Source of the DNA: Eledone cirrhosa
Lineage: Eukaryota
Assembly: GCA_964016885.1 (NCBI GenBank)
Contig: OZ024741.1
Coordinates: 294,748,001-294,812,000, forward strand
Direction: 5' to 3'
DNA length: 64,000 nucleotides
Shown piece after piece: positions 39,216 through 53,942 of the stretch; within the stretch, counting starts at the first letter, position 1, and the number at the start of each line of letters is the position of its first letter. The position numbers were made by a program, and so were the translations under genes. The notes beneath the pieces are model-generated. The model saw nothing but the letters and a program-made list of their open reading frames with translations. It searched no databases and was not told the origin of the DNA.

Positions 39216-39354
39216 ATATATTATATATATATAATATATATATTATATATATATATATTATATATATATGACATATATATATATAATATATATATTACAT
39301 ATATATATATATATGATATATATATTATATATATATAATATATATATGACATAT

Positions 39355-39898
39355 ATCATCATCATCATCATCATCAACGTTTAACGTCCGTGTTCCACGC
39401 TTGCATGGGTTTGGACGGGGGTAGTCCCACTTGAGGCAAGAGTGATTGTCTTGCTCGCATAGGACTGTCTGGCAGGTTTTCTACAGTTGGATGCCCTTCC
39501 TAACACCAACCACATTTACAGTGTGGGTCTGGGAGGTTTTTACCGTGTTGCCTACACGGCCACATTACAGCGTGGACTGTGTGTTTTTTTTTCGTGACAC
39601 CTACACGATCTCATTTGTTTCGGCCTGGATGGCGCGGCACCAACATAACTTTACATAGAACGGGGTGGTGTGGATGGGGTGGGGGTGGTGGAGGTGGGAC
39701 GGGGTGTATTTTGTTAGAGATGCCTACTGGCTGGAGTAGGTTTTACTATATATTTGGGTAAGGCGGGTCTTCTCTGTTACTGAGTACCGCCAAAGGTCTC
39801 GGTCCAGTGACATTGTCTTGGAGAGGTGTAAGTGTGTGATGTCGGAGTTTATCAGCTCGTCCCAGGTTTTTCTAGGTCTGCCTATTCCGTGACTACCA
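39355..39898 (-). mobile_element. RTE 3' fragment nearly identical to 52268-52808
   Basis: GSHGIGRPRKTWDELINSDITHLHLSKTMSLDRDLWRYSVTEKTRLT plus 3' UTR and (CAT)n. Confidence 0.9.
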
Positions 39899-40442
39899 TA
39901 TGACATATATATATAATATATATATTACATATATATATATTATATATATATAATATATATATTATATATATATAATATATATATTATATATATATATAAT
40001 ATATATATTATATATATATATAATATATATATAATATATATATAATATATATAATATATATATAATATATATATATAATATATATATAATATATATATAA
40101 TATATATAATATATATATAATATATATAATATATATATAATATATAATATATATAATATATATATAATATATATAATATATATATAATATATATAATATA
40201 TATATAATATATATATTATATATATATATATATAATATATATATAATATATATATTATATATATATATTATATATATATATAATATATAAAAATACGTAT
40301 TTACGAAAGCCACAACAATGCAAAGGGAAATCTCGAGGTAGGAAGTGAAATATAGATAGGAAAAACAGGTGAAAGTGAAAGTTGAGAGAGACAAAGATGA
40401 AAACAAAACAAAGGGAGAAGGGTTACCGTAGTAGAGATTTAA

Positions 40443-40478
40443 TCCCAATATTTCGGGCTCATGCCCATCAACGGGGGA
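40443..40478 (-). ncRNA. Minimal hammerhead-like motif (variant core CCGTTGA)
   Basis: TCCC-CCGTTGA-t-GGGC atga GCCC-GAAATATT-GGGA, with palindromic AATATT at stem III. Confidence 0.5.
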
Positions 40479-41085
40479 AAAGTTCCAAAAGGGGGGAAAA
40501 CAGGCCAAGCGGAGAAAGTGGTGATGTCGTTAAGACAGGAATGCCGTTATGGGGAGAAAAATATTTAAAATTTAAACGAGGGAAAGAATGCGCGTGCGCG
40601 TGATAAGCTGTGGCAAAAGCTACTGACCAAATGGGTTAAATCAAGAGGGTGCGTTAGCGTGTGAGAGCCGTAAGATATGTGTATGTAAATATATATGTGT
40701 GTGTGACTGTGTGTGTATAAGTGTAAGTGTGTATATGTGTGAGTGTGTGTGTGTGTGAAAGATAGTGGGCTGTAAAAGTTGGAAATCAAAGGGTGTGAAA
40801 GGTGGTAGGTTGTAAAATATGTGTGCGTGTATAAATATAGATGTGTGTGTGTGTAAGCGTATGGGTATACATGTGTGTGTGTAACTGTGTGTGTATATGT
40901 GTGAGTGCGTTTGTGTGTGAAAGATAGTGGGCTGTAGAAGCTGGAAATCAAAGGGTGTGAAAGGTGGTAGGTTGTAAAACATGTGTGCGTGTAAAATATA
41001 GAAGTGTGTGTGCATGCATATGGGTATGCATATACGTGCGTGTGTGTGAAGATAGCAGGCCGTAGGCTGTGAATGGTCATTATGG

Positions 41086-41605
41086 TTAAGTTAGCCATGT
41101 CAGCTCATTTCTCTCAGCCCGGTTGTTAAGTGGGGGTCTGAGGTTCTTAATAACAAGTGCTTCCTTTATCCTTAAGGATCCGATGCTGCGTTCAGTCGCT
41201 AGGACTGTGACCAAGGGTCTACCCTGTGGGTTTCCGCATTTAAGGATATGTTTACGGAAGGAAGATGCGTTGGTGTTGATATGTTCCTTGATACGAACAT
41301 GTAGGGGTCGGATGGTGCTACCTATGTAAAACTTGTTACATTTATCGCATTGAATCTTATATACGACATAGGTGCGTAGGCAATCTGCCCCCCGTATCGG
41401 GCAGTTGCTGAGGGAACACGTCCCATCTGCCTCGTAGGGTTTGTTGGAGAGGCATCTTCACAGCGAAGGTCCTGTGTGGGCCAAATGTATGTCAAGTCCC
41501 TCCGTCCGTATGGCCCTGCGGATGGCGTTCGTGGTATATTCACTCAGGTGGGGGATTTTAAAGAAGCACCTGCTAATATTAAGTTTTCTAGTGGGTGTCA
41601 GTCTA
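41086..41605 (-). pseudogene. C-terminal linker plus GIY-YIG endonuclease of a second PLE family (missed by the ORF track)
   Basis: Manual translation: FFKIPHLSEYTTNAIRRAIRTEGLDIHLAHTGPSL*RCLSNKPYEADGTCSLSNCPIRGADCLRTYVVYKIQCDKCNKFYIGSTIRPLHVRIKEH...SLRIKEALVIKNLRPPLNNRAERNELTWLT*. One in-frame TGA at 41458-41460. Confidence 0.88.
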
Positions 41606-41644
41606 CTATATAACATATATATAATATATATATTATATATATAT

Positions 41645-41676
<32 letters not shown>

Positions 41677-41690
41677 ATATATAATATATA

Positions 41691-41732
<42 letters not shown>

Positions 41733-41858
41733 TATTATATATATATATATATATAATACATATATATATATATATATAAATATATATATTATATATATAT
41801 ATATATATAATACATATATATATATAATAAATATATTATATATTTATAATATATATAT

Positions 41859-41914
<56 letters not shown>

Positions 41915-42065
41915 CATATATATATATATAATAAATAATTATATATTTATAATATATATATTATATATTATATATATAATATATATATAATATATATATT
42001 ATATATATATATTAAATATATATTATATATATATATATAATATATATATATATATGTATATATAT

Positions 42066-42770
42066 ATAGTAATAATAATAAATTTGAAGACTAAAATCCA
42101 AAGAGTGCTCAATAAGGATAAATATATATCAAATACCGTAGAGCAAATATTCATTAAAATAACAGATTAAAGTTTAAGCAAAGAATCGCTGCTTTCACCC
42201 TTAACGGGATCTTCTGAAACTGAGAAAGTCAATCTGTAAACGCAAAAGTGTATATTTCAAAAAACGTTGCAACCGGAGGAAGACAGGAAGACGATACTTT
42301 GGTGGTGGAAACGTTCCATGGCAAAGAACGGGAAAAAACGAATATAATACGTCATTATTTGGAGCGGTGAAAAACGATTATGTGTGTGCGCTTGTTATAT
42401 ACATATTTATTTATTTATATACGTTTATTTAATTATTTGTATACACGCACACACACATTTATATGTGCTTGTATTTGTATACCTATGGCGAGTGTTTTCG
42501 CATATGCTTGTGTATGTACGTATTTGGATGTTTGTATGTATTTATTTCATTTCAATTAACTCTGTATTTTATTTACTTTATTCTTAACTCTGAATCGGAG
42601 AATAATTGGGTTTCCTAGTTAGAATTTTAGTCTACGTCTTCAGTTATACCATTTTCTTTGCTTTTGTATTTGCGTACAATTGTCTCCACGCTCCGCATAT
42701 GACGTATTATCTTTATTTTTTCCGTTCATTGCCAGATAACGTCTCTATGAACCACCTAAGAGAATATTAG
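42066..42770. mobile_element. Rearranged pLTR of the same PLE family (minus 42066-42376 with HHR; plus 42380-42770)
   Basis: First part matches 30321-30595 but retains the HHR. Second part matches about 33955-34350 in direct orientation and is more diverged. Confidence 0.82.
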
Positions 42771-42920
42771 TTAAGGCGAAAAAGGTATCAGATGCTGAAT
42801 TTGCCAACGACATAGTTTTGGTGACAAATACAGTGAAGGAGGCAGAGAATTTGATGCGGGAGGTTGAGACTGTCTCGATGAGTGTCGGGCTGAGAATGAA
42901 TGAGACTAAAACAAAATATA
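42771..42920 (+). pseudogene. Small non-LTR RT fragment (catalytic motif region)
   Basis: Translates as KAKKVSDAEFANDIVLVTNTVKEAENLMREVETVSMSVGLRMNETKTKY, with FADD degenerated to FAND and a GL.MN..KTK motif. Confidence 0.7.
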
Positions 42921-45260
<2,340 letters not shown>

Positions 45261-47417
45261 AAACAGGAGGTATTCAAGATTGCGAGGCAGTGTGTTAGAG
45301 ATAGTTGTGATGTCATTGGAGAGAAGTGTATCCGGAATGATAAAGGTGAGCTTGCCCTCACAAGTGCTGAGAAGAAAGATGCATGGAAGAGTCATTATGA
45401 TAGATTACTAAATGAGGAGAATGCATGGGAAGAAGAGACCCTACCCACGTAGACCCTATAGAGGGACCAGCAGTACAAGTCAGCGGCAGTGTAGTAAGTA
45501 AGGCAATCAGAGATATGAAGATAGGGAAGGCAACCGGTCCATCGGGTATAGCTGCCGAGATGCTGAAGGCATCTGGGTCTGTAGGTCACACTATAACCAC
45601 ACGTATCGTTAACCAGGTAATACTAGAGGGGGCCATACCAAAAGATTGGTGCAGTAGCATCATTGTCAACTGCTACAAAGGTAAAGGCGATGCACTAGAT
45701 AGAGGAAACTATAGAGGTATAAAGTTGATGGACCAGGTCATGAAAGTAACAGAAAGAGTTATAGCACAGCTGATTAGGGACCGGGTGAATATAGACGAGA
45801 TGCAATTTGGGTTTGTACCAGGGAAAGGCACCACTGATGCCCTCTTCCTTGTGAGGCAATTAGAGGAAAAGTACCTAGCTAAAAGTAAGCCACTCTACTT
45901 GGCATTTGTCGACCTTGAGAAAGCCTTTGACAGAGTTCCACGTGCTGTAATCTGGTGGGCTCTTAGAAAACTAGGAGTAGATGAATGGCTTGTGAAAGCG
46001 GTACAAGCCATGTATAGGGGAGCAGTCAGCAAAGTTAGGATTAGCAATGAGTATAGCGAGGAATTTAGCGTACAGGTTGGGGTCCACCAGGGCTCTGGTC
46101 TTAGCCCTCTCCTGTTCATCATAGTCCTGCAGGCAATAACGGAGGAGTTTAAGACCGGATGCCCATGGGAACGCCTGTATGCTGATGACCTCGCACTCAT
46201 AGCTGAATCTATGGTAGAACTAGAGAATAAATTCCAAACCTGGAAGCAGGGACTAGAGAGAAAGGGCCTCAAAGTCAACGAGAAAACAGAACCCAGATCC
46301 CCTCAGGGAAATGGCCTTGCTCAGTATGTAGGAAAGGTGTAGGTAGGAACTCCATTCTCTGCCCCAAATGCAAACAATGGGTACACAAGAGATGTAGCGG
46401 GATCTCAGGAAGCTTTATTAAGAATGTAGGATTCACATGCAGCAGCTGTGCTGAAACAGCAAGCAAACAGCCACAGGAAACAAGTACCACCAGTCTCTGG
46501 GAGGGCCCTGTAGAAACAGTAGACAGCTTCTGCTACCTAGGTGACCGAATTAGCAACGGAGGTGGGTGCTCAGAAAGTACAATAACTAGGGTAAGAACGG
46601 GATGGATGAAGTTTAGGGAACTACTACCACTGCTAGCTGCAAAAGGCTTCTCCCTCAGAATGAAAGGCAGACTGTATGATGCGTGTATCCGAACAGCGAT
46701 GTTGCATGGTAGTGAGACCTGGGCGCTGAAGGTGGAAGACTTACGTAGATTAGAGAGAAACGAAGCTTGCATGCTCCGATGGATGTGTAACAGTAATATA
46801 CGTGAACGACAAAGCATAAAGGAATTGAGAGAGAGACTGAGCATAAGAGGAATCAAATGCTGCGTGCAGGAGAGGCGGTTACGCTGGTATGGACATGTGA
46901 TGCGTATGAAGGATGACAGCTGCATAAAAAGGTGCAGAGCACTAGAAGTTGATGGAAACCGCGGAGTGGGGAGACCCAAGATGACTTGGGATGAGGTGAT
47001 AAAAGCCGACCTTACCCAACTACACCTCTCGAAGTCAATGACACACGACCGTGACTTCTGGCGTCACGCAGTAATACAGGGTACCCGACCTCCCATGGGT
47101 ACATGCTGAAGCATATAAACAATATGCCCCCACTCCCCCCACTGCAAGGTGGTCGTGGAGGTGCCACGGCAAAAAAGCACCCAGCCCACACTGTAAAGTG
47201 GACGTGTAGGCGCCACGAAAAAGCACCCAGCACTCACTGTAAATGAGGTTGGTGTTAGGAAGGGCATCCAGCTGTAGAAATCAAGCCAGATCAGTTCCTG
47301 TATGAGCAAGGCATGGTCAGCCGACCAGACACTGCCCACAACAGGACAACCCGTCTAACCCATGCTAGCGTGGAAGAACGGACGTAAAACGGTGATGATG
47401 ATGATGATGATGATGAT
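45261..47417 (+). mobile_element. RTE-clade LINE, 5'-truncated (RT, PHD-like finger, C-terminal domain, 3' UTR, (GAT)n tail)
   Basis: KATGPSG, YKGKGD...NYRGIKL, QFGF, FVDLEKAFDRV, GVHQGSGLSPLLF, LYADDL, RRLRWYGHVMR, GRPK.TW. Frameshift near 45435 and a deletion near 46279. Inserted in (TA)n. Confidence 0.93.
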
Positions 47418-47488
47418 ATATATATAATATATATAATATATATTAAAATATATATATATATATATAATATATATAATATATATTATAT

Positions 47489-47541
<53 letters not shown>

Positions 47542-47666
47542 CATATACATATATATATATAATATATATATATAATATATATATATATATATAATACATA
47601 TACATATATATATATAATATATATATATAATATATATATATAATATATATAATATATATATATAAT

Positions 47667-47713
<47 letters not shown>

Positions 47714-47783
47714 AAAAAAAGTTGAAATCGAAAATGCAACTGGAGTCTTATTTTTTTTTTAAATATATATATTTATTTGGTTC

Positions 47784-47819
47784 CTTTACCGGCTTCGCAG
47801 TTCTTCTGCTTTTCAAAAG
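47784..47819 (-). ncRNA. Second copy of the U3-A8 minimal hammerhead (GAAA>GAAG mutated), in repeat about 47714-47858
   Basis: CTT-TTGAAAA-GCAG aagaa CTGC-GAAGCCGGTA-AAG. Flanks are homologous to 14692-14823. Confidence 0.5.
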
Positions 47820-47879
47820 TAGAGTTGAGATGGAGGGTCTGTGGTTTTTCTCACATCTGAGATATATATATATATAATA

Positions 47880-48887
47880 TAAAATAAACTAAAATAAATA
47901 AGTCAAATATTTAAAATTTGGCTTCATTTATTACTGCTATATATATTTCGGTGACAGCCATCTTTGGTTGTGACCTCTTCAGGCAGTCTGAATTAGTGTG
48001 GTACAGATGAGAACACATGTCGTTGAGGTGTTTAACTTTGTCAATACTCTGATATGCCCAGTTCCTGGTTGGGTTGTTATCTCACTGAGGAACTGGAATC
48101 ATATGAATTTAAACAAACGAATTTCAGTGTCAAAGGACATCCTCTCTTGTGAGAACATTTCTCAGTCAAAAGTCTATAGTAATTCGTTCTGAGGCGAGGC
48201 AATCTGTAGTGGTTGTTCTTGTTATTGTTAAGTACATCTGACCTCTACTCTTATGTTGGTAGTAGTGTTAGTGTTGGAGTCAGTTTAATACCAGCTGCTG
48301 CTGATTTCTGTGTGTGTGTGTTGGCATCTATCCTGCACCATTTCTCGTGGTGGCGGTGGTGGTGGGGGGGGGGGGCAATCATATGAAAAAATAAAATGAA
48401 GAAAATAGAAAATGAAAATAAGATAATATAAGCAAATAATTAAACAAAAAAATGATAAAATCGTAGAAGGAATAAGATTGTAAAAGAATAAAATAAGATA
48501 ATCAAATAAAATGTGTGTGTGTTATAACCAATCTCAAAGTTAGAAAGATTTGTAAGATCCACTCCTCCCATTGGTCAGTTGTGAGAGCATTCCTCAGTCA
48601 AAAGTCTGTAGAAATTCTTTCTGGGGTGAGGCTATCTGTAGTGTTTGTTTTTGCTATTGTTAAGTACATCTGACCTCTACCCTTATTTTGGTAGTGGTGT
48701 TGGTGCTGTGGTCAGCCTAGGTCTTGCTGCTGCTCATTTTAAACGAAGCCAAATTTTAAATATTTGACTTATTTATTTTAGTTTCTTTTACATTACTCCG
48801 GAGTAACCAAACCAACCTGAGCACTTCGTCGCGTGCTCCAGTCTGCATACTGAGGTGTTGGTATACAACCAACATATACTCAAAATT

Positions 48888-48888
<1 letters not shown>
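47880..48888. mobile_element. PLE-type solo pLTR with inverted terminal segment (family 3)
   Basis: 47880-47930 is the reverse complement of 48740-48790. Contains the HHR at 47933-47987 and an internal ~155-bp direct repeat (about 48150-48305 vs 48582-48736). Flanked by (TA)n. Confidence 0.65.
47933..47987 (-). ncRNA. Minimal type I hammerhead ribozyme with canonical core
   Basis: ACTGC-CTGAAGA-ggtcacaacc aaagat ggctgtcacc-GAAATATATATA-GCAGT: 5-bp stem I, long stem II, palindromic ATATATAT stem III. Confidence 0.75.
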
Positions 48889-48945
<57 letters not shown>

Positions 48946-49081
48946 GTTTCTACTTTTGGCACAAGGCCAGCAATTACCCAGTGCATTACTGGTACTTTAT
49001 TTTATCGACCCCATAAGGATGAAAGGCAAAGTTAACCTCGGCGGGATTTGAACTCATAATATATATATATAATATATGTAT

Positions 49082-49710
49082 ATCAGATGCTGTTTACTCG
49101 AGAGAAGACTACGTTGGTATGGTCACGTGATGCGCATGAAAGGTGACAGCTGTATAAAAAAGTGCAGGGCGATCAAAATAGACGGTAGCTACGGAGTAGG
49201 CAGTCCCCGAAAAACCTGGGATGACTTGATAAAATCCGACCTCACACACTTACACCTCTCCAAGACAATGTCACTGGACTGAGATATTTGGTGCTACGTA
49301 GTAATACAGAAGACCGGCCTTGCCTAAGTACAAAGCGAAACCTACAGTCAGTAGGCACCTTAACCAAAATACACCCCCGTCCCACTAACCCTACCCCCAC
49401 CGCCATCTACACCACCCCTTTCGATGTAAAGCTATGTTGGTACCACAACATCCAGTCCTAAATAAATGAGGTTGTGTAGGTGTCACGACAAAAAACACAC
49501 AGTCCACGCTGTAATATGGCCGTGTAGGTAACACGTTAAAAACCTCCCAGTCCACACTGTAAACGTGGTTGGTGTTAGGAAGGGCATCCATCCGTAGAAA
49601 ACCCGCCAGACAGTCCTGAGCAAGACAACCAATCTTGCCTCAAGTGGGATAATTCCCGTTCAGACCCATGCTAACGTGGAAAATGGACGTTAAACGATGA
49701 TGATGATGAT
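49082..49710 (+). mobile_element. RTE 3' fragment (close to the 5666-6940 subfamily)
   Basis: IRCCLLERRLRWYGHVMRMK..., 3' UTR, (GAT)n. Confidence 0.9.
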
Positions 49711-49833
49711 ATATATATATATATAATATATATATATAATATATAATATATATATATAATATATATATATATATAATATATATATATAATATATATAAAA
49801 TATATAATATATATATTCTCCAACCCCTACATA

Positions 49834-49912
<79 letters not shown>

Positions 49913-50398
49913 TTGTTTCTCTCTTCCTTTTTCTACTCTATCTTCCCCAATAACTTCCTTTAAGAAATACAAGGGAATTTTCACTTTAACCATTCTGCTC
50001 TGAAGATACGATAGGAGAAGCAGCATTTGAAAATTGAGTATCTGCAAATAAATAACTACCAATTTGCACATAACATGACTAGGCTGTGTAACTACTGTTG
50101 AAACATTTGTAAGCACTCGGTATAAATTACCTTTTCATGATGTCTACATGTTTTATTATTCATTCTTTATCTACACTCCGGAATACAGAAGAATCAGAAA
50201 CTAAGTGTCTTTAACCATTCTTCCATAACTAATTGAGTAACCCTATCACTGTCGACTCTATCTAGTGTTGTAATTAACCATTACTGCATTCAGGATAATC
50301 CTAAGCATTTCTTGCATAACCTAATATATATATTTATATATATATATAATATATAATAGAAGTGGTTACACAACAGTTAGTTCACCATACCAAGAACA

Positions 50399-50452
50399 AT
50401 TGTTTCACCTTAGCGGATCCTCAGCTCTGAGGATCCGCTAAGGTGAAACAAT
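50399..50452. repeat. Perfect 26-bp inverted repeat made of two back-to-back hammerhead cores
   Basis: attgtttcaccttagcggatcctcag-ct-ctgaggatccgctaaggtgaaacaat. Each strand reads CTGAGGA-tCC gctaa GGt-GAAAC. Confidence 0.8.
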
Positions 50453-50511
50453 GGACTGAGTGCTCCTCCACTACGGATATTACCTTCCAGTGTTCTACCA
50501 CTATAATATAT

Positions 50512-50545
<34 letters not shown>

Positions 50546-51111
50546 CATATATATATATACATATATATATACATATATCCTGAGTTACATGTGTTGATAC
50601 TATGAAAAGTATGCCAAGTTCCATTAATACATATTGTGACATGGTATGATATCATTCTAAAAGATCAGACTTAGTGTTCATAATCAAGCCACTTTTCCTG
50701 ATGATTCTCTTACAAGGCAGCTTAAAAAAGTATTAACTTTAAGAAAAACACTTCTGTATTCACCAGAGTTATGAAATACAAAAGAAAAATAATAAAAAGA
50801 GACTACTGTGTGACAGAGAGTAATTTTTGAAGAGATTCTGACTCAACAAACAATTACCGTTTACTTTGAAAGAAGGAAAAAGATTGATGGTGGTAAGATA
50901 GGTGATGGCTTACAATCATCCATCATCTATTTAGAGATGTTCATGTCATGAAAAGAATAGAGATCTTATCCAGTTGTGGGATTTGATGGAAGTGCTTTTG
51001 TTTTTATTGTGATTGTCTGATATAGTTCCATTCAGATGGTTCTCTGATATGTAGCTCTGTAGTGTGGCCTGTGAGGTTGAATTTGTTTCCTTATTATTGT
51101 TATTACTATCA

Positions 51112-51151
<40 letters not shown>

Positions 51152-52267
51152 GAGTTTACATCTTGGTATTGATGAAAGTCGTATTGCATGTGGAGCTTTA
51201 TGATTCTAATCTCTATAGTTTATGGTTTTTTTTATAAAGCTGTTTGATGAAATTACTTGTTCGTTTTTAGGTATATATCATTTGATAATGTTAGACTAGA
51301 ATGTTCAACATTTGATGTTGATAATTTGTTTCTATCATGCTTTTTTATTGATCCCTGTTAAGTAAATCTATAAAAAAAAGTTAGCTGATTGATGAATTGT
51401 TTGATTGCTATGCTGAGGCTACCCAACTGAGATTTAAGACTTAAAACTAAAAAGTCTCTCTCAAACAGACACTCATCAGACCAGAGTTTATCCTGGTTTA
51501 CTGTGGTATCAAGTGACTGAGACTTCCTCCTGGACATGATGGTTTTCTATCATAAGATTAACTTCTAGCTACTGCTAATATTCAGTTTTTCAAATGCTTA
51601 GAATGGTGCATTGTGTTCTTGATGAAGGACACAATGCAACCCTCAGTTAGGGAATTAGACTAATGACAGTACAGTTATGAACCCCAAACTTTAACCACTA
51701 GGCCATGCACCTTCACTAAGACTTGAATATGTCGTTACAATTCTAAAGGTAGTAGGAATTATGTTGCAACTATGTGAACACTTTCTTTGATTTCAAAGGT
51801 TAGATTGGAAAGAAGGATTGTTATCTTTTCCTGTTTATTTCTTGATTGACTTTTAAAATCAATTATTTAATAAAGATATACTATTAAACTTTAATTTTAT
51901 TTAGTTTTGATTACAATAGTTTTTTTTTTTTGTCTAGTTGGGGTTAATTTTTATGCTTTTCATTAGTGTCTCATTAAATGTTTACTGTGTTCCATATGTT
52001 TGTGATTTGGGAGGTAGGAGTGTTTCTAAATTTAGTGTAGGTTTCTTAGTTAAAATGCTTCTAATTAGTTTTTCTGTCATTTATTGGTACTTTGTATGTT
52101 ATTATCATCACCACATTAATCATCATCACCACCATCACCACCACAACAACCACCACTACCATCATTATTGATGTGTGAGTGTGATGAAATGATAATGGGC
52201 TTGTGGTTTCAGAGAATCTGGAGAATTGTTTTTCAAGTAAAGAATATGACTCAAGAAAAAAAATATA

Positions 52268-53503
52268 TCATCATCATCATCATCATCAACATTTAACGTC
52301 CGTGTTCCACGCTTGCATGGGTTTGGACGGGGGTAGTCCCACTTGAGGCAAGAGTGATTGTCTTGCTCGCATAGGACTGTCTGGCAGGTTTTCTACAGTT
52401 GGATGCCCTTCCTAACACCAACCACATTTACAGTGTGGGTCTGGGAGGTTTTTACCGTGTTGCCTACACGGCCACATTACAGCGTGGACTGTGTGTTTTT
52501 TGTCGTGACACCTACACGATCTCATTTGTTTCGGCCTCGATGGCGTGGCACCAACATAACTTTACATAGAACGGGGTGGTGTGGATGGGGTGGGGGTGGT
52601 GGTGGTGGGACGGGGTGTATTTTGTTAGAGATGCCTACTGGCTGGAGTAGGTTTTACTATATATTTAGGTAAGGCGGGTCTTCTCTGTTACTGAGTACCG
52701 CCAAAGGTCTCGGTCCAGTGACATTGTCTTGGAGAGGTGTAAGTGTGTGATGTCGGAGTTTATCAGCTCGTCCCAGGTTTTTCTAGGTCTGCCTATTCCG
52801 TGACTACCGTCTATCTTTATTGCCCTGCACTTTGTTATACAGCTATCGACTTTCATGCGCATCACGTGTCCATACCAACGTAGCCTTCTCTCGAGTAAAC
52901 AACATCTGATCCCTCTTATCTCTAATTTTTTCCTTAGTTCGTTTATGCTTTGCCGTTCACGTATATTACTGTTACACATCCAGCAGAGCATGCAAGCTTC
53001 GTTCCTCTCTAGTCTGCGTATATCCTCTGCACACAATGCCCAGGTCTCACTGCCATGCAGCATTGCTGTTCGTATGCAGGCATCGTACAACCTGCCTTTC
53101 ATTTTTAGTGAGAACCCTTTAGCAGCTAATAGTGGTATAAGCTCTCTGAACTTTTTCCAACCAGTTCTGACTCTAGCTACAGTACTTTCAGAGCACCCTC
53201 CCCCACTGCTGATTTTATCGCCCAGGTAACGGAAGCTGTCCACTATTTCTATAGAACCCTCTGCGCAATTGAAAGAGCTAGTATTTTGTGGGCACTTGCT
53301 GCTACTTATTGCACCAGAGCACCGGCCACATGTAAAATCTATGTTCTTAGTTAGCTTACCTGTGATCCCACTACATCTTTTATGCACCCATACTTTGCAT
53401 TTAGGACATAAAATGGAGTTTCTACCTACGCCTTTCCTACACACTGAGCACGACCATTTCCCAGAAGGGACCGCCGCCTTGTTTTCTTTCCTACAAACTA
53501 GTA
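52268..53503 (-). mobile_element. RTE LINE 3' fragment with open C-terminal frame
   Basis: ORF 52665-53555 (the TE part begins at VLVCRKENK), 3' UTR, (CAT)n on the plus strand. Confidence 0.92.
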
Positions 53504-53512
53504 CATAAATAA

Positions 53513-53550
<38 letters not shown>

Positions 53551-53552
<2 letters not shown>

Positions 53553-53894
53553 CAAAATACACCCCGTCCCACCACCCCCACCCCATCCACACCACCCCTT
53601 CTATGTAAAGTTATGTCGGTGCCACGCCATCCAGGCCGAAACAAATGAGATCGTGTAGGTGTCACGACAAAAAAACACACAGTCCACGCTGTAATGTGGC
53701 CGTGTAGGCAACACGGTAAAAACCTCCCAGACCCACACTGTAAATGTGGTTGGTGTTAGGAAGGGCATCCAACTGTAGAAAACCTGCCAGACAGTCCTAT
53801 GCGAGCAAGACAATCACTCTTGCCTCAAGTGGGAATACCCCCGTCCAAGCCCATGCAAGCGTGGAACACGGACGTTAAACGTTGATGATGATGA

Positions 53895-53898
<4 letters not shown>
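53551..53898 (+). mobile_element. RTE 3' UTR copy inverted relative to 52268-52627
   Basis: Near-perfect reverse complement (ORF-track peptides 52358+ and 53601- share their N-terminus). Ends in (GAT)n then (TA)n. Confidence 0.9.

Positions 53899-53942
<44 letters not shown>

Larger units (their letters stand above)
34792..40290. repeat. Imperfect (TA)n arrays with embedded SINE, PLE and RTE insertions
   Basis: Direct reading. Confidence 0.93.
40290..41605 (-). mobile_element. 5'-truncated PLE (family 2) with 3' UTR tandem duplication and HHR-like motif
   Basis: GIY-YIG tail, ~165-bp tandem unit at about 40750-41070, HHR-like motif at 40443-40478, (TA)n on both sides. Confidence 0.8.

Noticed and set aside
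45895-46979. Antisense ORFs over RTE elements (also 52855-53508, 55408-55698) and over Gypsy
   Set aside because: Shadows of the TE coding strand with no independent motifs.
47225-47280. Possible twister ribozyme before ggtgttaggaagggcatccagc
   Set aside because: Only a tail-like gtaaa..gaggttg is present; the conserved twister core and pseudoknots could not be built.
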